Shown here piece after piece: positions 49,877 through 63,000 of a stretch of 64,000 nt of DNA. A program made the translations under genes and the position numbers. A model generated the notes under the pieces. The model saw only the letters and a program-made list of their open reading frames with translations. It searched no databases and was not told the DNA's origin. Position 1 is the first letter of the stretch. The number at the start of each line of letters is the position of its first letter. Origin of the DNA: Squalus acanthias (lineage: Eukaryota); the NCBI GenBank assembly GCA_030390025.1, contig CM059432.1, positions 46,502,001-46,566,000 on the forward strand, written 5' to 3'.

Positions 49877-52158
49877 GGCCTCGAAGTTTTGGGGTGTAGC
49901 GCTGGCCATTAAGGACAGTTTTGTTGAAAAAATGGCAGCCACCTCGCTTCCGCCTGCTTCCGGCGTGAAACACGGCGGCCGCCATTTTGGAGAGGTCGTT
50001 AGCGCTGCTGTTGCCTGCGCTCGCCTCTCACATGTAAATATGCAGATCATGACGTCAATTGGTGTGCAACGCCTGAATAGATGCACGACTGCGATTTTGA
50101 ACGTCACCGCTCTCCATACCTCCCTCTCCTAGTCACGCACTGAAGAAACGTGCGTGCAGCACTTCTTAAAAGAACACACATATCTTTTAGGTAAGTTTAG
50201 ACTTCGGCTGGGAGTGTGAAATCAGGTGTTTCTTCTTCTTCTTCACTCTCCTCTCCCTCTTCTTCGTCAACCACTGGCTGGACAGGCTAGATTTCTTGGG
50301 TGTCTGAAATGACGAAGGCGCAAGGGTAGGGTTGTGGTGAGGGGAAAGCGGGAAAGTACAGGGCACAATTTCAAAATTTGCAGATGACACAAAACTTGGA
50401 AGTATAGTGAACAGTGAGGAGGATAGTGATAGACTTCAAGAGGACATAGACAGGCTGGTGGAATGGGCGGACATGTGGCAGATGAAATTTAATGCAGAAA
50501 AGTGCAAAGTGATACATTTTGGTAGGAAGAACGAGGAGAGGCAATATAAACTAAAGAGTACAATTCTAAAGCGGGTTCATAAACAGAGAGACCTGGGGGT
50601 ATATGTGCACAAATCGTTGAAGGTGGCAGGGCAGGTTGAGAAAGCGGTTAAAAAAGTATACGGGATGCTGGGCTTCAGAAATAGAGGCATAGAGTACAAC
50701 AGCAAGGAAGTTATAAAACACTGGTTCAGCCTCAACTGGAGTATTGTGCCCAATTCTGGCCACCGCACTTTAGGAAGGATGTGAAGGCCTTAGAGAGGGT
50801 GCAGAAAAGATTTATGAGAATGGTTCCAGGAATGAGGGACTTCAGTTATGTGGATAGACTAGAGAAGCTGGGGTTGTTCTCCTTGGAGCAGAGAAGTTTG
50901 ACAGGAGATTTGATAGAGGTATTCAAAATCATGCTGGGTCTAGACAGAGTAGATAGAGAGAAACTGTTCCCATTGGCAGAAGGATTGAGAACCAGAGGAC
51001 ACAGATTTCAGGTGATTGACAACAGAACCAAAGGCGACATGAGGAAAAACTTTTTTACGCAGCGATTGGTTAGGCTCTGGAATGCACTGGCTGAAAGGGT
51101 GGTGGAGGCAGATTCAATCGTGACTTTCAAAAGGGATTTGGATAAGCACCCGAAGGAAAAAAATTTGCAGGGTTACGGGGAAAGGGCAGGGGAGTGGGAC
51201 TAGCTGAAGTGCTCTTGCTGTAACCATTCTATGATTCTATGAAAGCAAGAGGTGCATGCTTACACCATGCGCAGCTTGTACATCAGAAGAGATTGTGGGA
51301 TGAGGGGGAAGTGGAATGTGAGAAGGAGGATAATGTATGAGGATACCGGCATCTTGTATTCTTTCAGCCCCGCCGCTGGCCAAGGGCTCAGCCATGCCCA
51401 TGCCAAGAATGGCCAGCACCATCTCCTCCAAGGGGGTGAGGTGAAGCTAGGAATGTGAGATGTCCCTTGTCTTTGGTAGAGATTGTTGCTAGGTGAATGA
51501 TGGAGGCGGGACGGTCATGCATTGAGCAGTGTGTGAGGCTAGTGGTGCAGTTGGTAGGAGATGGCTTTTGAAGATGCATTCACTGGCCTTTACCACTTGT
51601 CTGAGGTCATGAAACTTCTTTGGGCACTGGAGCCAGGTGGTGGGGGCGACACTGCTGGCAATGATGGCCTTGGCAATCTGATCCCATATCCTTTTTTCTA
51701 GAGGACCCCTGGCCCCCTGTAGGTAGAGGACCTCTCTTCCAGTGTTGACTCCTTGCACAACGCTCGAGTGCTTCATCCGAGAGCCTGGGTGCCCTTTCCC
51801 TGGCCTGTTAAGCCATCTTTTATGTGCAGAAGGCAGTTCAGTTTTAAGTGCTAGTGACTGCATAGTTTTGAATGATTTTAAATTTTTGTTTCAGAAGGCA
51901 GTTCACCTTTAGGGCTCAAGACTGCCTTCAAAACTTGCTTTAAGAAAATGCAGCGTCGCTACAGCGATGTGACCTTGGGCCTCCTGCTGAGTGCACAGCC
52001 TGTGAGCAGTGCAATAGTCGCTGGGCTGTGCGCTAAAATCATTTAAATTAGCCGGCAGCGCCCAGTTAACATGCTGCCTGCGCTTTCTAAACAGGCGCAA
52101 GCAAATCTCGCCCCTCGGTACCCCCGCCCTTTTTGGAGCCTTATCGAATTTCGCGGCC
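49877..52158 (-). mobile_element. Harbinger derivative related to 13138-15370, in inverted orientation, with a CR1 insertion
   Basis: TIRs GGCCTCGAAGTT and rc GGCCGCGAAATT; TSD AGG/AGG; Myb remnant IWDQIAKAI..TTWLQCPKKFHDL. Confidence 0.85.
50357..51240 (+). mobile_element. CR1 3' fragment
   Basis: KFADDTKL, WQMKFNAEKCKVIHFG, LWNAL; (ATTCTATG)n tail; GAAAG duplicated at the flanks. Confidence 0.9.
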
Positions 52159-52674
52159 AGGGATTCTTGTTGTCTCTTGTCAATGGTGGGGTTCAGTCAC
52201 ACAGATTGCGACTTCCCTGATTACTAGAGATCGTTCCTGTCTCCTGCAGATCCTGCAGCAGGGTACACGGAATGTTTCAATGCACACTGACAACAGGCAA
52301 GGACTTAGAAAATCTACATATGTGTCATCTTAAAACATTAATACTACTCAATTCAATGCCTGGTCATTTATTCCACAAGTCCATTATCTTTTGAATGGAA
52401 AGGTTCTGACTGGCTTTTGTTGCTACTCCTTACTTCATAACTTTAAACTTTAGTTCTTTGGTTTTGACCTGTTCACCTATACCACAGTGAACATTGGCTC
52501 TGGATAAACATTGTCCCCTTTACAGTCCTGAAAATATCACCTGAAATATCTGAAGCAGAGGAAGGTACAATGCTATGGGGAGAGAGAGGAACAGTTTGGA
52601 TTGCTCTAGGAAAAGCCTAGCTTAGGCACACTGGACTAAACGGCTTCCTCTATGCTGTAAACATCTATGCTATC

Positions 52675-53013
52675 CCTGTAACCTCCTCCAGCCCTACAAC
52701 CCTTCAAGATCTCTGCTCTCCTCCAATTCTGGCCTCTTGCGCATCCCCGATTTTCATCGCTCCACCATTGGCAGCTGTGCCTTTAGCTGCCTAGGCCCTA
52801 AGTTCTGGAATTCCCTCCCTAAATCTCTCTGCCTCTCTACCTCTCTCCTCCTTTAAGATGCTATTTAAAACCTACCTCTTTGACCAAGCTTTTGGTTACC
52901 TGCCCTAATATCTCCTTATGTGTCTCGGTGTCAAATTTTGTTTGATAACGTTACTATGAAGCGCCTTAGGACGTTTTATTACGTTAACGGCGCAATATAA
53001 ATGTAAGTTGTTG
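52675..53013 (+). mobile_element. L2 3' end inside a degraded CR1
   Basis: Reverse complement of the 46836-47170 family; GTTGTTG tail. Confidence 0.75.
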
Positions 53014-54959
53014 ATTTTTTGTTATGGTTCTAAACTTTTCTATTTTCCAAGGAAAATAGCTAACTTTCTTAATGTTTCCTCATAACATAAGTTCCTGAGA
53101 GCCGGAATCATTTAGTTGTTCTTCCATACCTTCTCCGGTGTAATAATATCCTTCCTCTGATCAGGTGACCAGAACTGCACATAGAACTCAAGATGAGATC
53201 TGATCAAAGCCTATGCAGCATGAACATAACCTCTTTTGATTTGTACTCTGTCCATCTGCTAATGCAACCCAGTTCCTCATTTGTCTTTTTTACTGCAGAG
53301 TAATCTGATCAGAAGTAGGCGGGCAGGAGGCAAGTTGGCTGGTGGCGCACTGTTAAATTGCTGTAATGGATTTGATGGTGACCCCTACCACTACCTTTTT
53401 GGCAGTTACTTCATAGAGTAAATTTTAAATCAATAAAATATACTTAGGCCAGGAATTTCCTCACAGCTGCTCCTGCTCTGCCACCATACCTTCATCAGGG
53501 GTACAGTGGAACCCTGTTTATCAACAAACAGGGTTTTCACTGCACTTCTGGCAAAGTTACGGTGGCGGAGCGGAGAAAATTCCTGCTCCAGGTTTTATTT
53601 GTTCTAAATTCATTAACCATGCAGGATTTATTGCGGCAAATGCAAAGTAAGTCACTTGAAGTTCATTGTGTTATTTGACTTTCTTGTTTCCTGATTCAGG
53701 TCTCATTTGCCACTGGAAACAAAAGGGGTGAAATTCTTCTTATCAGCAAGTTTAGTGGAAAAAAATCAGTGTGAATACAGCACAGGATATCCCATTTCGT
53801 ATCCAGACTGACTTTTTTGTTAAAGTGATCAACATGAGAAATTTCAGCCCCAGGCTGTTAATTTATTCTGGATAGTATAGATATGACTTCAAGATTCTTA
53901 CAAAAGGACACCATATCACTGTGGTGTTATACTTTTCATGTAGACCTTTTTTCACACCAGTCTCACAGTGAAAAATAATACCTAGGGGTAGACCCAAAGA
54001 TTGGACTATTGCCATGTTGTGTTGTGTAAGTATAGATTTTGTGTGCTAATCAGACAGTGTTTATTTAATGCAGTGACAATAAACTGTTGTAAAATAGGAG
54101 CTTCTGGAAGCAGACAGGCAGTCAAGAACGAGCTAATATTTGAGTAAAAGAAAAAGCAACTAGAAGAAAGGAAAATGAGAACAATAGAAACAGGAAAATA
54201 CTCAAAGATGAAAATACATAAAATATAAGAAAAGAAGGAAACTAAAGTCAAAGGAGTCAAAACAAAGGAACAAGAGTGAAAGCTAGATAGAAATGAAGAC
54301 ATACAATGCAGCAAAAATTGGTATGACATTAAAAAGAGCGAAAGAAAAAGTTATTCCAAAGAGTGAAAGGAAAATAAATGAAGATTAAAAGAAAGTTTAC
54401 AAAAATGTATGTAATATTAAAGTGACAGCTTGATAGTTTGAAGCTAAGTGATAATAATTGTGGCCCGATTTTCCACAAATAGGTTGAGCTGGACTGTGGT
54501 GCAAGCTCATATGCAGCAGCAGCCCAGAGGATGGCTTGCACAGACTTTGCTGATAGAAGACTTTCCTTTTTAATTTGAGTAGGCTACTAGCAAATGAAAA
54601 GCTTGCCCAAATACCTTGGCCCATAGGACACTTGGCAGGGAAGTGTAAAATCCAACAAGGCAGCAGCTCTTATAGGGCTGCAACTCGTCATTAAAAGGCA
54701 AATGTGATGGTAGAAAAAATTGACTAATTGGGGGTGATTTGATAATTTTATGCTCCTGGCAGGAAGCGCGTATTAGAAATTCAGGTGCATGCTGGGTATG
54801 ATTGATCAACCATTAGTATAAAATGGTCAGAAAATTGTGCACGGCATGTGCCCAAATTTCTCATAGGCACTGTCATTGGGTGAGGGTTCCAATCAGGAGC
54901 AGAAAGCCAACCAACTACACCCATTGTTCACAATCGTACAGTGGAAATATGTGGGCAGC

Positions 54960-55150
54960 ACAGTTACTTTTGATGCTGAAGAATTGGAGGTCCTGCCGCT
55001 GGAGGTGCGCCAAAGGAGGGAGATCCTATTTGAGACTGGAAGCCACACTTCAATAAAAGCACGAGTGCAAGCTGCACAGAATTAGCTCAATGATTGAGTC
55101 AGTGCATTCATCCAAGTTCCTCACACCTGGCTACAAACCAGGAAGAAGAA
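54960..55150 (+). pseudogene. Old Myb/SANT-like Harbinger remnant
   Basis: FDAEELEVLPLEVRQRREILF ... TWLQTRKK resembles the Myb exon of the other copies. Confidence 0.45.
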
Positions 55151-56284
55151 ATTGTCTGGTATCAGAAAACACAGCCCAAAGCACTTGACAGACAATGAAT
55201 TCCATTTGAAGTGTACTCACTATTGTTTTTTAGGCAAACATGACAGCCAACTTGCATAAAGCAAGATCCTATGATGAGACAAATAACCACTTAATCTATT
55301 TTAGTGATGTTGGTTGAAGGACGAATGTTGACTAGGACACCTGGAAAATTACATACCTTTCTTTGAATAGTGCCATGGGATTGTTCAACAGGCAAGCAGG
55401 GATTTGGTTTATCATCCGAAAGACTTCCAATAGTGCAGTGGCCTCTCGGTGTTATACTAAAGTGTCACCCTGAATTATGTAATCAAGTCTTCGAGTAGGA
55501 TGTGACGCCACAATTTTCTGACTGAAAAGGGAAAGTGATACCAACTGAGCCAATCTAAGGGAACCATTTACAATATCAGCTAAAATGGGTGACAGGAGGT
55601 GATCAGGAGTTTAGCTGAAATGGGGTTGAGAGGGCAAGAGGTAACCCTTATGATGAGCTTAAGAGGGATTGTGGTGAAACTGGAGAAAATAAGGTATAAG
55701 GCTAGCATGGGATGGGTCTGGGGAAGGTTTGATTTAGTGGGCAGAGGGAAGTGGGAGGAGCTGCTGAATCGATGGTCTCTATCATGGAGATCAGCTCCTT
55801 GTACTTGTTGTTAGAGGTGAAGGTGGAGAGGATGTGGAAAGGAGTTTTAGGAGGCAGTTGCTGCAGAGAAAAGAAGCCTGGGGCTGTCTTTGCTCTCCAG
55901 GATGATCCCAGAATAGATGCTTAGGTAGAGGAGAGTGAGGCCCTGTAGAGATTGATCTGCAGTTTGCGCCCCTTGAACTTGATGGAGTGAAGAAGGGAGC
56001 TGTACTGGGGAATTGATTGAGATGGGAGGCAGTGAAGGTTTTGCTGGAGACAAGGGCATTAAAGGTGGAGATAAAAACAAGTGACTCACCTGCCTTCACC
56101 AATCGTGACAGATAAAACCCCAGCTCCTTGCTCAAGACCCGCCAATTAAAATCAATGATTGGAAAATTGAAATTGGCTGCGCTGACCTCCACACCCAGTT
56201 CTTCAATTTATGCTCCTGATGAGCAAGACTCTGGGAGCAGAGTTTTGCAATTTTCGGACTCTAATCTCTGATAGCATTATTTAA

Positions 56285-56445
56285 TTGAGAGGTCGCACAA
56301 CACCAGGTTATAGTCCAACGAGGAAGGGGCGATCGATAGCTCCGAAAGCTTGTGATTTCAAATAAAACTGTTGGACTATAACCTGGTGTTGTGCGACCTC
56401 TCAATTTTGTCCACCCCAGTCCAACACCGGCATCTCCGCATCATG
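56285..56445. mobile_element. Second Penelope-like inverted remnant, just upstream of the exon at 56515
   Basis: Same family as 47442-47649; 12-bp TSD AGCATTATTTAA at 56273-56284 and 56446-56457. Confidence 0.75.
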
Positions 56446-56514
56446 AGCATTATTTAAACCCAGCTTTAGAACATCACATGGTTCACATTCATTTTTTTCT
56501 CTTCTGCCTATAAG

Positions 56515-56630
56515 GTATTGGAGGTACAATGAAGAAAAACATGGTGTAGACAGTGGTTATCCCAAATCTATTTCAATATGGAAAGGAATCCCCGCGTCTC
56601 CACAAGGGGCCTTTGTCAGCAAAGAAAGTG
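56515..56630 (+). CDS. MMP16: MMP16 internal coding exon (probable exon 9)
   Basis: Pyrimidine tract plus taAG|G acceptor and AGTG|GTaag donor; 116 bp; (R)YWRYNEEKHGVDSGYPKSISIWKGIPASPQGAFVSKES(G). Not in the ORF track. Confidence 0.95.
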
Positions 56631-57482
56631 GTAAGAGCAAATGTAAAGATGATCAACTGCTGCAGTTTTTATTTTGTTCAAACTTGTACATTTCTGTATA
56701 TTGATTCAATCAAAGTTTCAGGTAAATGATTTTTAAAAGTGTTTTTCATAAACATAACAAACAAGATATTGCACTGGGTTTCAAATCCTTGTGGATTTTT
56801 ACCTTAAATTTTAACAATAACTTTTTATTGTCTTAAAAATGTACAAATTTAGCACTGAAAGTGAAGGTTAGACTTTGTAAAGCACCACCACTCTTAGCCG
56901 TAGGCCCCAGGTCAAGTCTGAGAGCCGGGTTTGAGATCACCACAATTTGAATGGATAGAAGTCTCTGGATGATATTTAAGGCTCCAAATTTGCAGTCTCA
57001 AACTTCTTGGGTCAAAATACTAGCTGTGCCTGACTAGTTCCAGCAGCTCACCTTTTTGCACAAACCTCCTTCCTCAGAAATTTAAATGAATGAACGGAAA
57101 ATGAGATGGGCTCCATTACAGGCATGCAGTCCTGTCCACCTGATATTTCCTCTATGTGCTGTGCCCAAGCGATGCTTTATGCTCAAGTGCTCAAAAGGAA
57201 AATCTGCCCTCAAAGCACATAACGATCATGTGCTCTTACAATTTGATGTTTTGCCACACATCTCCATTCTGTCGATCAACATGATCTTAAATCTTCCTGA
57301 TGCTTGCCATTTCAGTTCGCTCTCACATTCTCATTCCAAATTTTCCACTTTTGGCCTCCAGCACCTCTCTAAACAAAGTCAATTCAAACTTCTGGAACAG
57401 TACGAGTGATTCCACAATCCAGCATTGCCACAGTGGAATGGTGTTCACAGGGAGTAAAATAATAGGTGCGCAGCCCATGCAA

Positions 57483-57718
57483 TGACAGCCGTGCCTTCAG
57501 CCACCTAGGCCCCACGCTCTGAAATTCCCTCTCTAAACCCCTCTGCCTCTCCACCTCCCTCTCCTCCTTTAAGACCCCCCTTAACACCCGCCTCTTTGAC
57601 CAAGCATTTAGTCAACCTTACTAAGATCTCTTTCTTTGGCTCAGCCTCCATTTTTTCGACTATGCCTTGGGATATTTTTCTACGTTAAAGGTGCTATGTA
57701 AATACAAGTTGTTGTTGC
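57483..57718 (+). mobile_element. L2 3' tail
   Basis: Homologous to 52770-53013; GTTGTTG tail. Confidence 0.65.
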
Positions 57719-58781
57719 TAATTTTAATGGAAAAAAAACAAATCACAGCTTGTGTGGCCACAGTTTCCTGAGATCTGCTTCCTGCAAGCACTGATCCGTG
57801 CTGAAAGTGTCAGATCACAAATCACCCTGAATATTTCATCCTCCTCCTGGGTACCTTTCACCTCATTGTCTGAACAATTTCATACCTTAGCTGTCTCCTG
57901 GAATTTCCCGGTAGGATGCTCCTGTTCACATTTCATTGCTTCCCCTTTCATTGGAGTGCTCATTTACCTCAATTTTTATCTTTTTAGTGACTTTTCACAT
58001 TAAAGGAATGTATAGAACCATTAAGGCCATTGAGGTTCATCTGGCCAATCCAAAGTTTAAAAAATAAAATACTGTACTCTGTCTGATATACCCCTCAATA
58101 ACTTCTTTCACCAAAAAAACTATCCAAGTCCATCTTGAATTTGCCAACACCATCCATCTCTACTATCTCGCGGGCAGGTATCCACATATTTACCATCCCG
58201 TGTGCTCCCCTAGTCAAATTTACACTGTCTGTTCATCTTTCTTTTTTTGGAGGCTTAAGTTCCTGCCCCCTGGATACAGAATTTATGGTTATGGCAAAAA
58301 AAACTAAATTTAGCTTATCTATTCCCTGTAGAATTATTAAAACTTCTATAAAGTCTCCCCTGAACCTTGTTTTCTCCAATGTAAACATTCCCAACCTGCT
58401 TAGTCTCTTCTCAAATCTCAATTGCCAAATCAAAGAGTATCAGCTTAGTTGCTGTTCTCTATACCCTCTTTCCAAAGTCAGATTGTTCTCACTCTATTAC
58501 AATGGCCAGAATTTCATACAGCGTTTCAGATGGTGCCAAATCAGTGCTCGAGACAAGCTTAGTATTAACCTGTGGCACTTGTATTCTATCCCTCTGAGTA
58601 ACAACAACTTGCACATGTATAGTGCCTTATATAATGTCCAGAGGCATTTCACATAGACTTGAGCACATAATCTAAGCTGACATCTCAGTGCAGTACTGAC
58701 AAAGTGCTGCATATCGGAGGTGCTATCTTTTAGATCAGATTTTAAACCGAGGCCCTGTCTTCCCTGTCAGGTGGACATAAT

Positions 58782-59512
58782 GGCCCAAAAATTCGTGAGG
58801 GAGCCTTCGTGCGAGGGTAAGGCTTCCCCGCGATCTCTCACTGCGCGCTGGCTTTTTCAGTCCCAGCTCGCACGAACTTGATGTTCTGGACAGCAGCTGT
58901 GCAGGGCTTCCGTATCCCACAGGCGCAGTTAATTCGTGCGAGCTGTGGGATCACGTGACTCAGTTAGAGCCAATGGCAGCACACCATCTTTCATTCATAG
59001 CTTTCACATAAGTGCTGTGAAAGCTATGAATCTATACCCCCCAAAAGAACAGCTAAACCTCAATTAAATTTAAAAAAAAACCATCACATTAATAAAATAA
59101 GTATAGTTAAATAAATTAACCATTTTAAACAAAAAATTAAATTTTTGAAAAAATTTAAAATCTTTTAAAAATAAACTTACCTGTCTTTAAACTCTCTAAA
59201 AAAGATATACCTGTTAAAAAAAATTCAAAATAATACTTAATTAACTACTTACCTTGTTAAAAGAGGGTCTTACTCCTCCTTTCATTATGTCTAAAATGTT
59301 CCATGCTTACCTGCGCGTTCAAAGCACTAAGTGCACTGCGTGCGCGCAGCCTGTAGCGCGCACGCGGTTCACCTAGGAACCGCCCCCTTTTGAATTCACC
59401 AAGTGCCGGTTTTCAGCGCATGTGCAGTGCATGCAGAAAACCGGCAATTGGAGACAGAATACGCGAGAGTACACAGTGCGTACTCTCGCGTAGCGGCACT
59501 AATTTTTGGGCC
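58782..59512. mobile_element. Harbinger-type MITE, family A copy 2
   Basis: TIRs GGCCCAAAAATTCG and rc GGCCCAAAAATTAG; AAT/AAT flanks; homologous to 15472-16237. Confidence 0.85.
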
Positions 59513-59706
59513 AATATGTGACTCCAGACCCACAGTAACGTGGTTGACTCTTAACTCTGAAATGGCCTAGCAAGCCACTCAGATGGGCAATAAATGCTGG
59601 GCATGCCAGCGACACTCACAACCCGTGAATTAATTTTTTTTTTTAATTCTGTTTTTTTTATTGTGATAGCCTGTGAGACTGAATAATTTTGTTTTTACAT
59701 TTCCAG

Positions 59707-60041
59707 GGTATACATTTTTTTACAAAGGAAAGGAGTACTGGAAATTCAATAACCATAAACTCAGGGTGGAGCCGAACTATCCAAGGTCAATACTTAAAGA
59801 GTGGATGGGATGTGACCGAACTAAAACTGGAGACAAGGATAGGCATGATACACAAGATGATGTTGACATTGTGATTAAAATTGATAACACTTCCAGCACT
59901 GTGAATGCCATAGCCATTGTTATCCCTTGTACTCTGGCCTTGTGCTTTCTGGTGTTGGTCTACACAGTGGTGCAATTTAAGAGGAAAGGAACGCCACGCC
60001 ACATACTATACTGCAAGCGATCCATGCAAGAGTGGGTGTGA
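59707..60041 (+). CDS. MMP16: MMP16 terminal coding exon: end of hemopexin domain, stalk, TM helix, cytoplasmic tail
   Basis: tttccAG|GG acceptor; YTFFYKGKEYWKFNN...MGC...AIAIVIPCTLALCFLVLVYTVVQFKRKGTPRHILYCKRSMQEWV*; the tail is diagnostic of MMP16 among MT-MMPs. Confidence 0.96.
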
Positions 60042-63000
60042 TTGTAGCAGAAGCAACATGAGATTTCAACTAGTGGGCTGTAATGCTGGAACCCAGCAAT
60101 GAGCAGGCATCTCTCTGCCTGAGACACGTGAATCATGACTGATTTTCGCAGAGTCGTCTGTTCTGAGCATGAGTGGAGATTATAAATGAGAGAGGGTGAA
60201 GCTCCCATGATACACGGTATCATCTGTATATCAGTCCTTTGTCTTTCTTTGGTGCGCCATTCCGTATAGGCCTTTTATCTGCACGCTTGATGCCCTAGTG
60301 GACTTTGACTCCAGATTTAAAAAAGGAAAAACAAGAAAATACTTCTCAAGATCTTTATCAAGATTGGTACTATACTTCATTGCTGAACCTGATCTCTTCC
60401 CTATTTTGAGGGTTGTGTTGAGAATCCTTCTGCTGACTTAATCTTTTTTCTGAACCAGAAAGACCCTTCACCTTTTGCATTCATTTTCCAAAGAGGATCA
60501 CTATCTGTCTAATAAGGAAATATTGCTGCACTTGATCCTTTCAAGTAGGAGACCAGGATTACAAAGCATTGAAAATTGGACTGTTCTGACAATCCTGTAT
60601 CCAAGTAACAGGGGCCAAAATATCTGCAATATTCTTAACAGCCTTAAATATATTTTTCATTTTTGTTTTGTTAACGCAGTTCTAAGCAAAGTCGATGCGT
60701 GGGATTTTCAATAGCTATTGTTCATGTAGATTTAAAAGCTGTGTAATGGAAATGTAGAATTACAGTTAGGGAGTTCCTATAGATTGGTTTTCATGCTGCC
60801 ACGCACAGGGCTGTTTAAACTTCTATAAACCCCATCAAGAGGGATTATTTTTAGTATAGAAAACTAGGAATTGTAGTAGAATGCTAGAAATGGAAATATT
60901 GAGAAAAAGTGATGTGACTTTTACCTGAAATTGCTGCCAGAGCGACATCAGCATTAATATACATATTGTATAATGCCATGAATGAATTCCTGATTGGTTG
61001 AAGAGGTGTGCATTAATGGACTACATATAATCAAAAGTGTGGTTAATTTCTCAGTCAATTGCATTTTAATGTTCATGAGGTATTTTTATCTAGGGATATT
61101 GAATAAGATGTGTGTTGATTATCACATAAACCAGTCTACTCTGGGCATGTCTTAATTGCCAATGAATCCATGCATTCTCATTGGTTATTGCTATTATATA
61201 AAGCCTGGGACCTACAGACGTTAGCGGTGCACTACAGCACCATCAGTTCCAAGGTACCATCGTTAAGCATTTCAGTGTTATGTGCATTAAGTGTACGAAT
61301 AACAATTTATGAAGTTACAGTGGTCCACAGTTACCCCTAAATTAATTATGATAGACAGTTAGAAGCTTGAGAAGCCCACTTTTGAAAAAATCCTGTTTGA
61401 AGTTCTACATGTCTTTGCAGTGAAGTTTAAGATCAGTACAATGGTCTTTGTGCATTAAAAATCTCATTTTCACCCTCCTCTCCTCCACTGACTCCAGTGC
61501 GATAAAGACCAGAAACTCAGTGAAGAGCAGAGATCATTCATTACCATGAGAATGCAAACTTGCTTCAAAATTCCCAAATGAATGGTTCAATGGACAAAAC
61601 ATCTTCAGAAATGGGCTTCTTTCAGCTTCCACCTATAGATGGGGAAAGTTTTTAATTACAGAGCTACTGTGGTTTGCTGTATGTAGCTTTCAATAAACCT
61701 GCAGCAAAGGTTGTTTCACTCAGTATTTTAAAACTCAGCGACTGACTGAAACCTTTGTTGATTTTAAGAGCTGCTTCCCCTTGGGGCCAACCTGTCATTG
61801 GGCTGTGCACTGATGTAACAAACAGCCATCTCACCAATATGTAACTCACACAAATCAGAACTCACTTTTGTACGGAAATGTGAGTGAAAAGTGGCTTTTA
61901 AAGTAGTTAAAGGTTTGCCTTTAACATTACTCAATACATTTTCAGGCTGTTGTAATTACTGATCTTTTCAAATGTCTTTATTTAGAAAATGTTACTGTTC
62001 CACATCCTTGAAGAGTTTTCTCTTTCTTCCTGTCTCTTGTCTCTGACCTTTAGCTGCCAACTAAAGAAATTAAGTAACAGGAAAAGAAGCTAAATTCACA
62101 TAATTGACCTGACTTATTATTTCCTGTTATTACCGACAGTTAAACGTAATCATACTTTTCAATAAGGCCTATGGTCTAGATTCTGTGCTGGAGTACCCCA
62201 ATGTGATTTAAAGACATCCTCAAAGGGTACTTTCATTCAAACTTAAATGTTCTGTCCATTGTAATTAGTTTGTGCCACTGCACCTCTTTTGTGCAGTATC
62301 TCCATTTGGCCATTGTATCTGACCTTTGTAAACTGTTAAAACAAATGACTTGCACAGCAACTTGGTGGTAAAAGGGGCTGTGATTGGCAGGCACAGATAG
62401 GTCATGTGTTGATATTCAGGGAAACGCAACCTATTTCTCCCCCAAATCTGAGCTATTACGATTCCTCAGTTGCCTCTTTTTTGGCTTAACGCATGGTTCT
62501 AGTGAGTATAGCATACTGATCAAAGATTTTTCCTGTAGTCGCTTCTAGTCAGTAAGCCCTTTGATTTCTCCCTGTTAACTGTATGGTGGATAGAGGTCCA
62601 GGGAGCAGGAGGAGAGTGTTACTCCAGATATGAACATATCTGGTCATATGTAATGGATTATTTATGTTTACATTTTCTTGCTATAACCCTTTGGCTGCTA
62701 TGGGTGGTCACAATCAATTAAATACACATCAAGCATTCAAATCAACGCATTCCTTGCCCCACACACAACCATGGCAATCAAAGAGTTCAGGGCTGTGCAG
62801 TGATTGTTTTGTATTTATTGATTCATATTTATTTTCAAACAGTTCTTAATGTCAGCTGTAAGTGTCTTTTTTCGGGAAGGGTAAATGGCTTTTTATACTA
62901 TTATATATCTTATGTATTCAGCATCACTGTTTCACTGTGTTGTATTAAAAATGAAAAAAAAAAACTGTCAATAAATGGGAATCCAGACTATGAAGTTAAC
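60042..63000 (+). other. MMP16: Putative long MMP16 3' UTR
   Basis: Follows the stop codon; no recognisable TE copies for ~3 kb, unlike the introns; AU-rich TATTTAT motifs near 62657 and 62812-62832. The end position is inferred. Confidence 0.5.
62970..62975 (+). promoter_or_regulatory. Candidate polyadenylation signal
   Basis: AATAAA preceded by ATTAAA and AU-rich sequence, followed by a GT-rich tract at ~63008-63025. An alternative AATAAA lies at 61692. Confidence 0.4.

Noticed and set aside
54006..54541. Hydrophobic minus-strand ORFs
   Set aside because: Artefact of A/G-rich low-complexity sequence.
59673..59706. N-terminal part of the 122-aa ORF
   Set aside because: Intronic; the real exon begins after the AG at 59705-59706.
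59707..60041. Assignment to MMP14, MMP15 or MMP24
   Set aside because: The cytoplasmic tail and DDVDIVIK stalk match MMP16 as recalled, not the paralogues.
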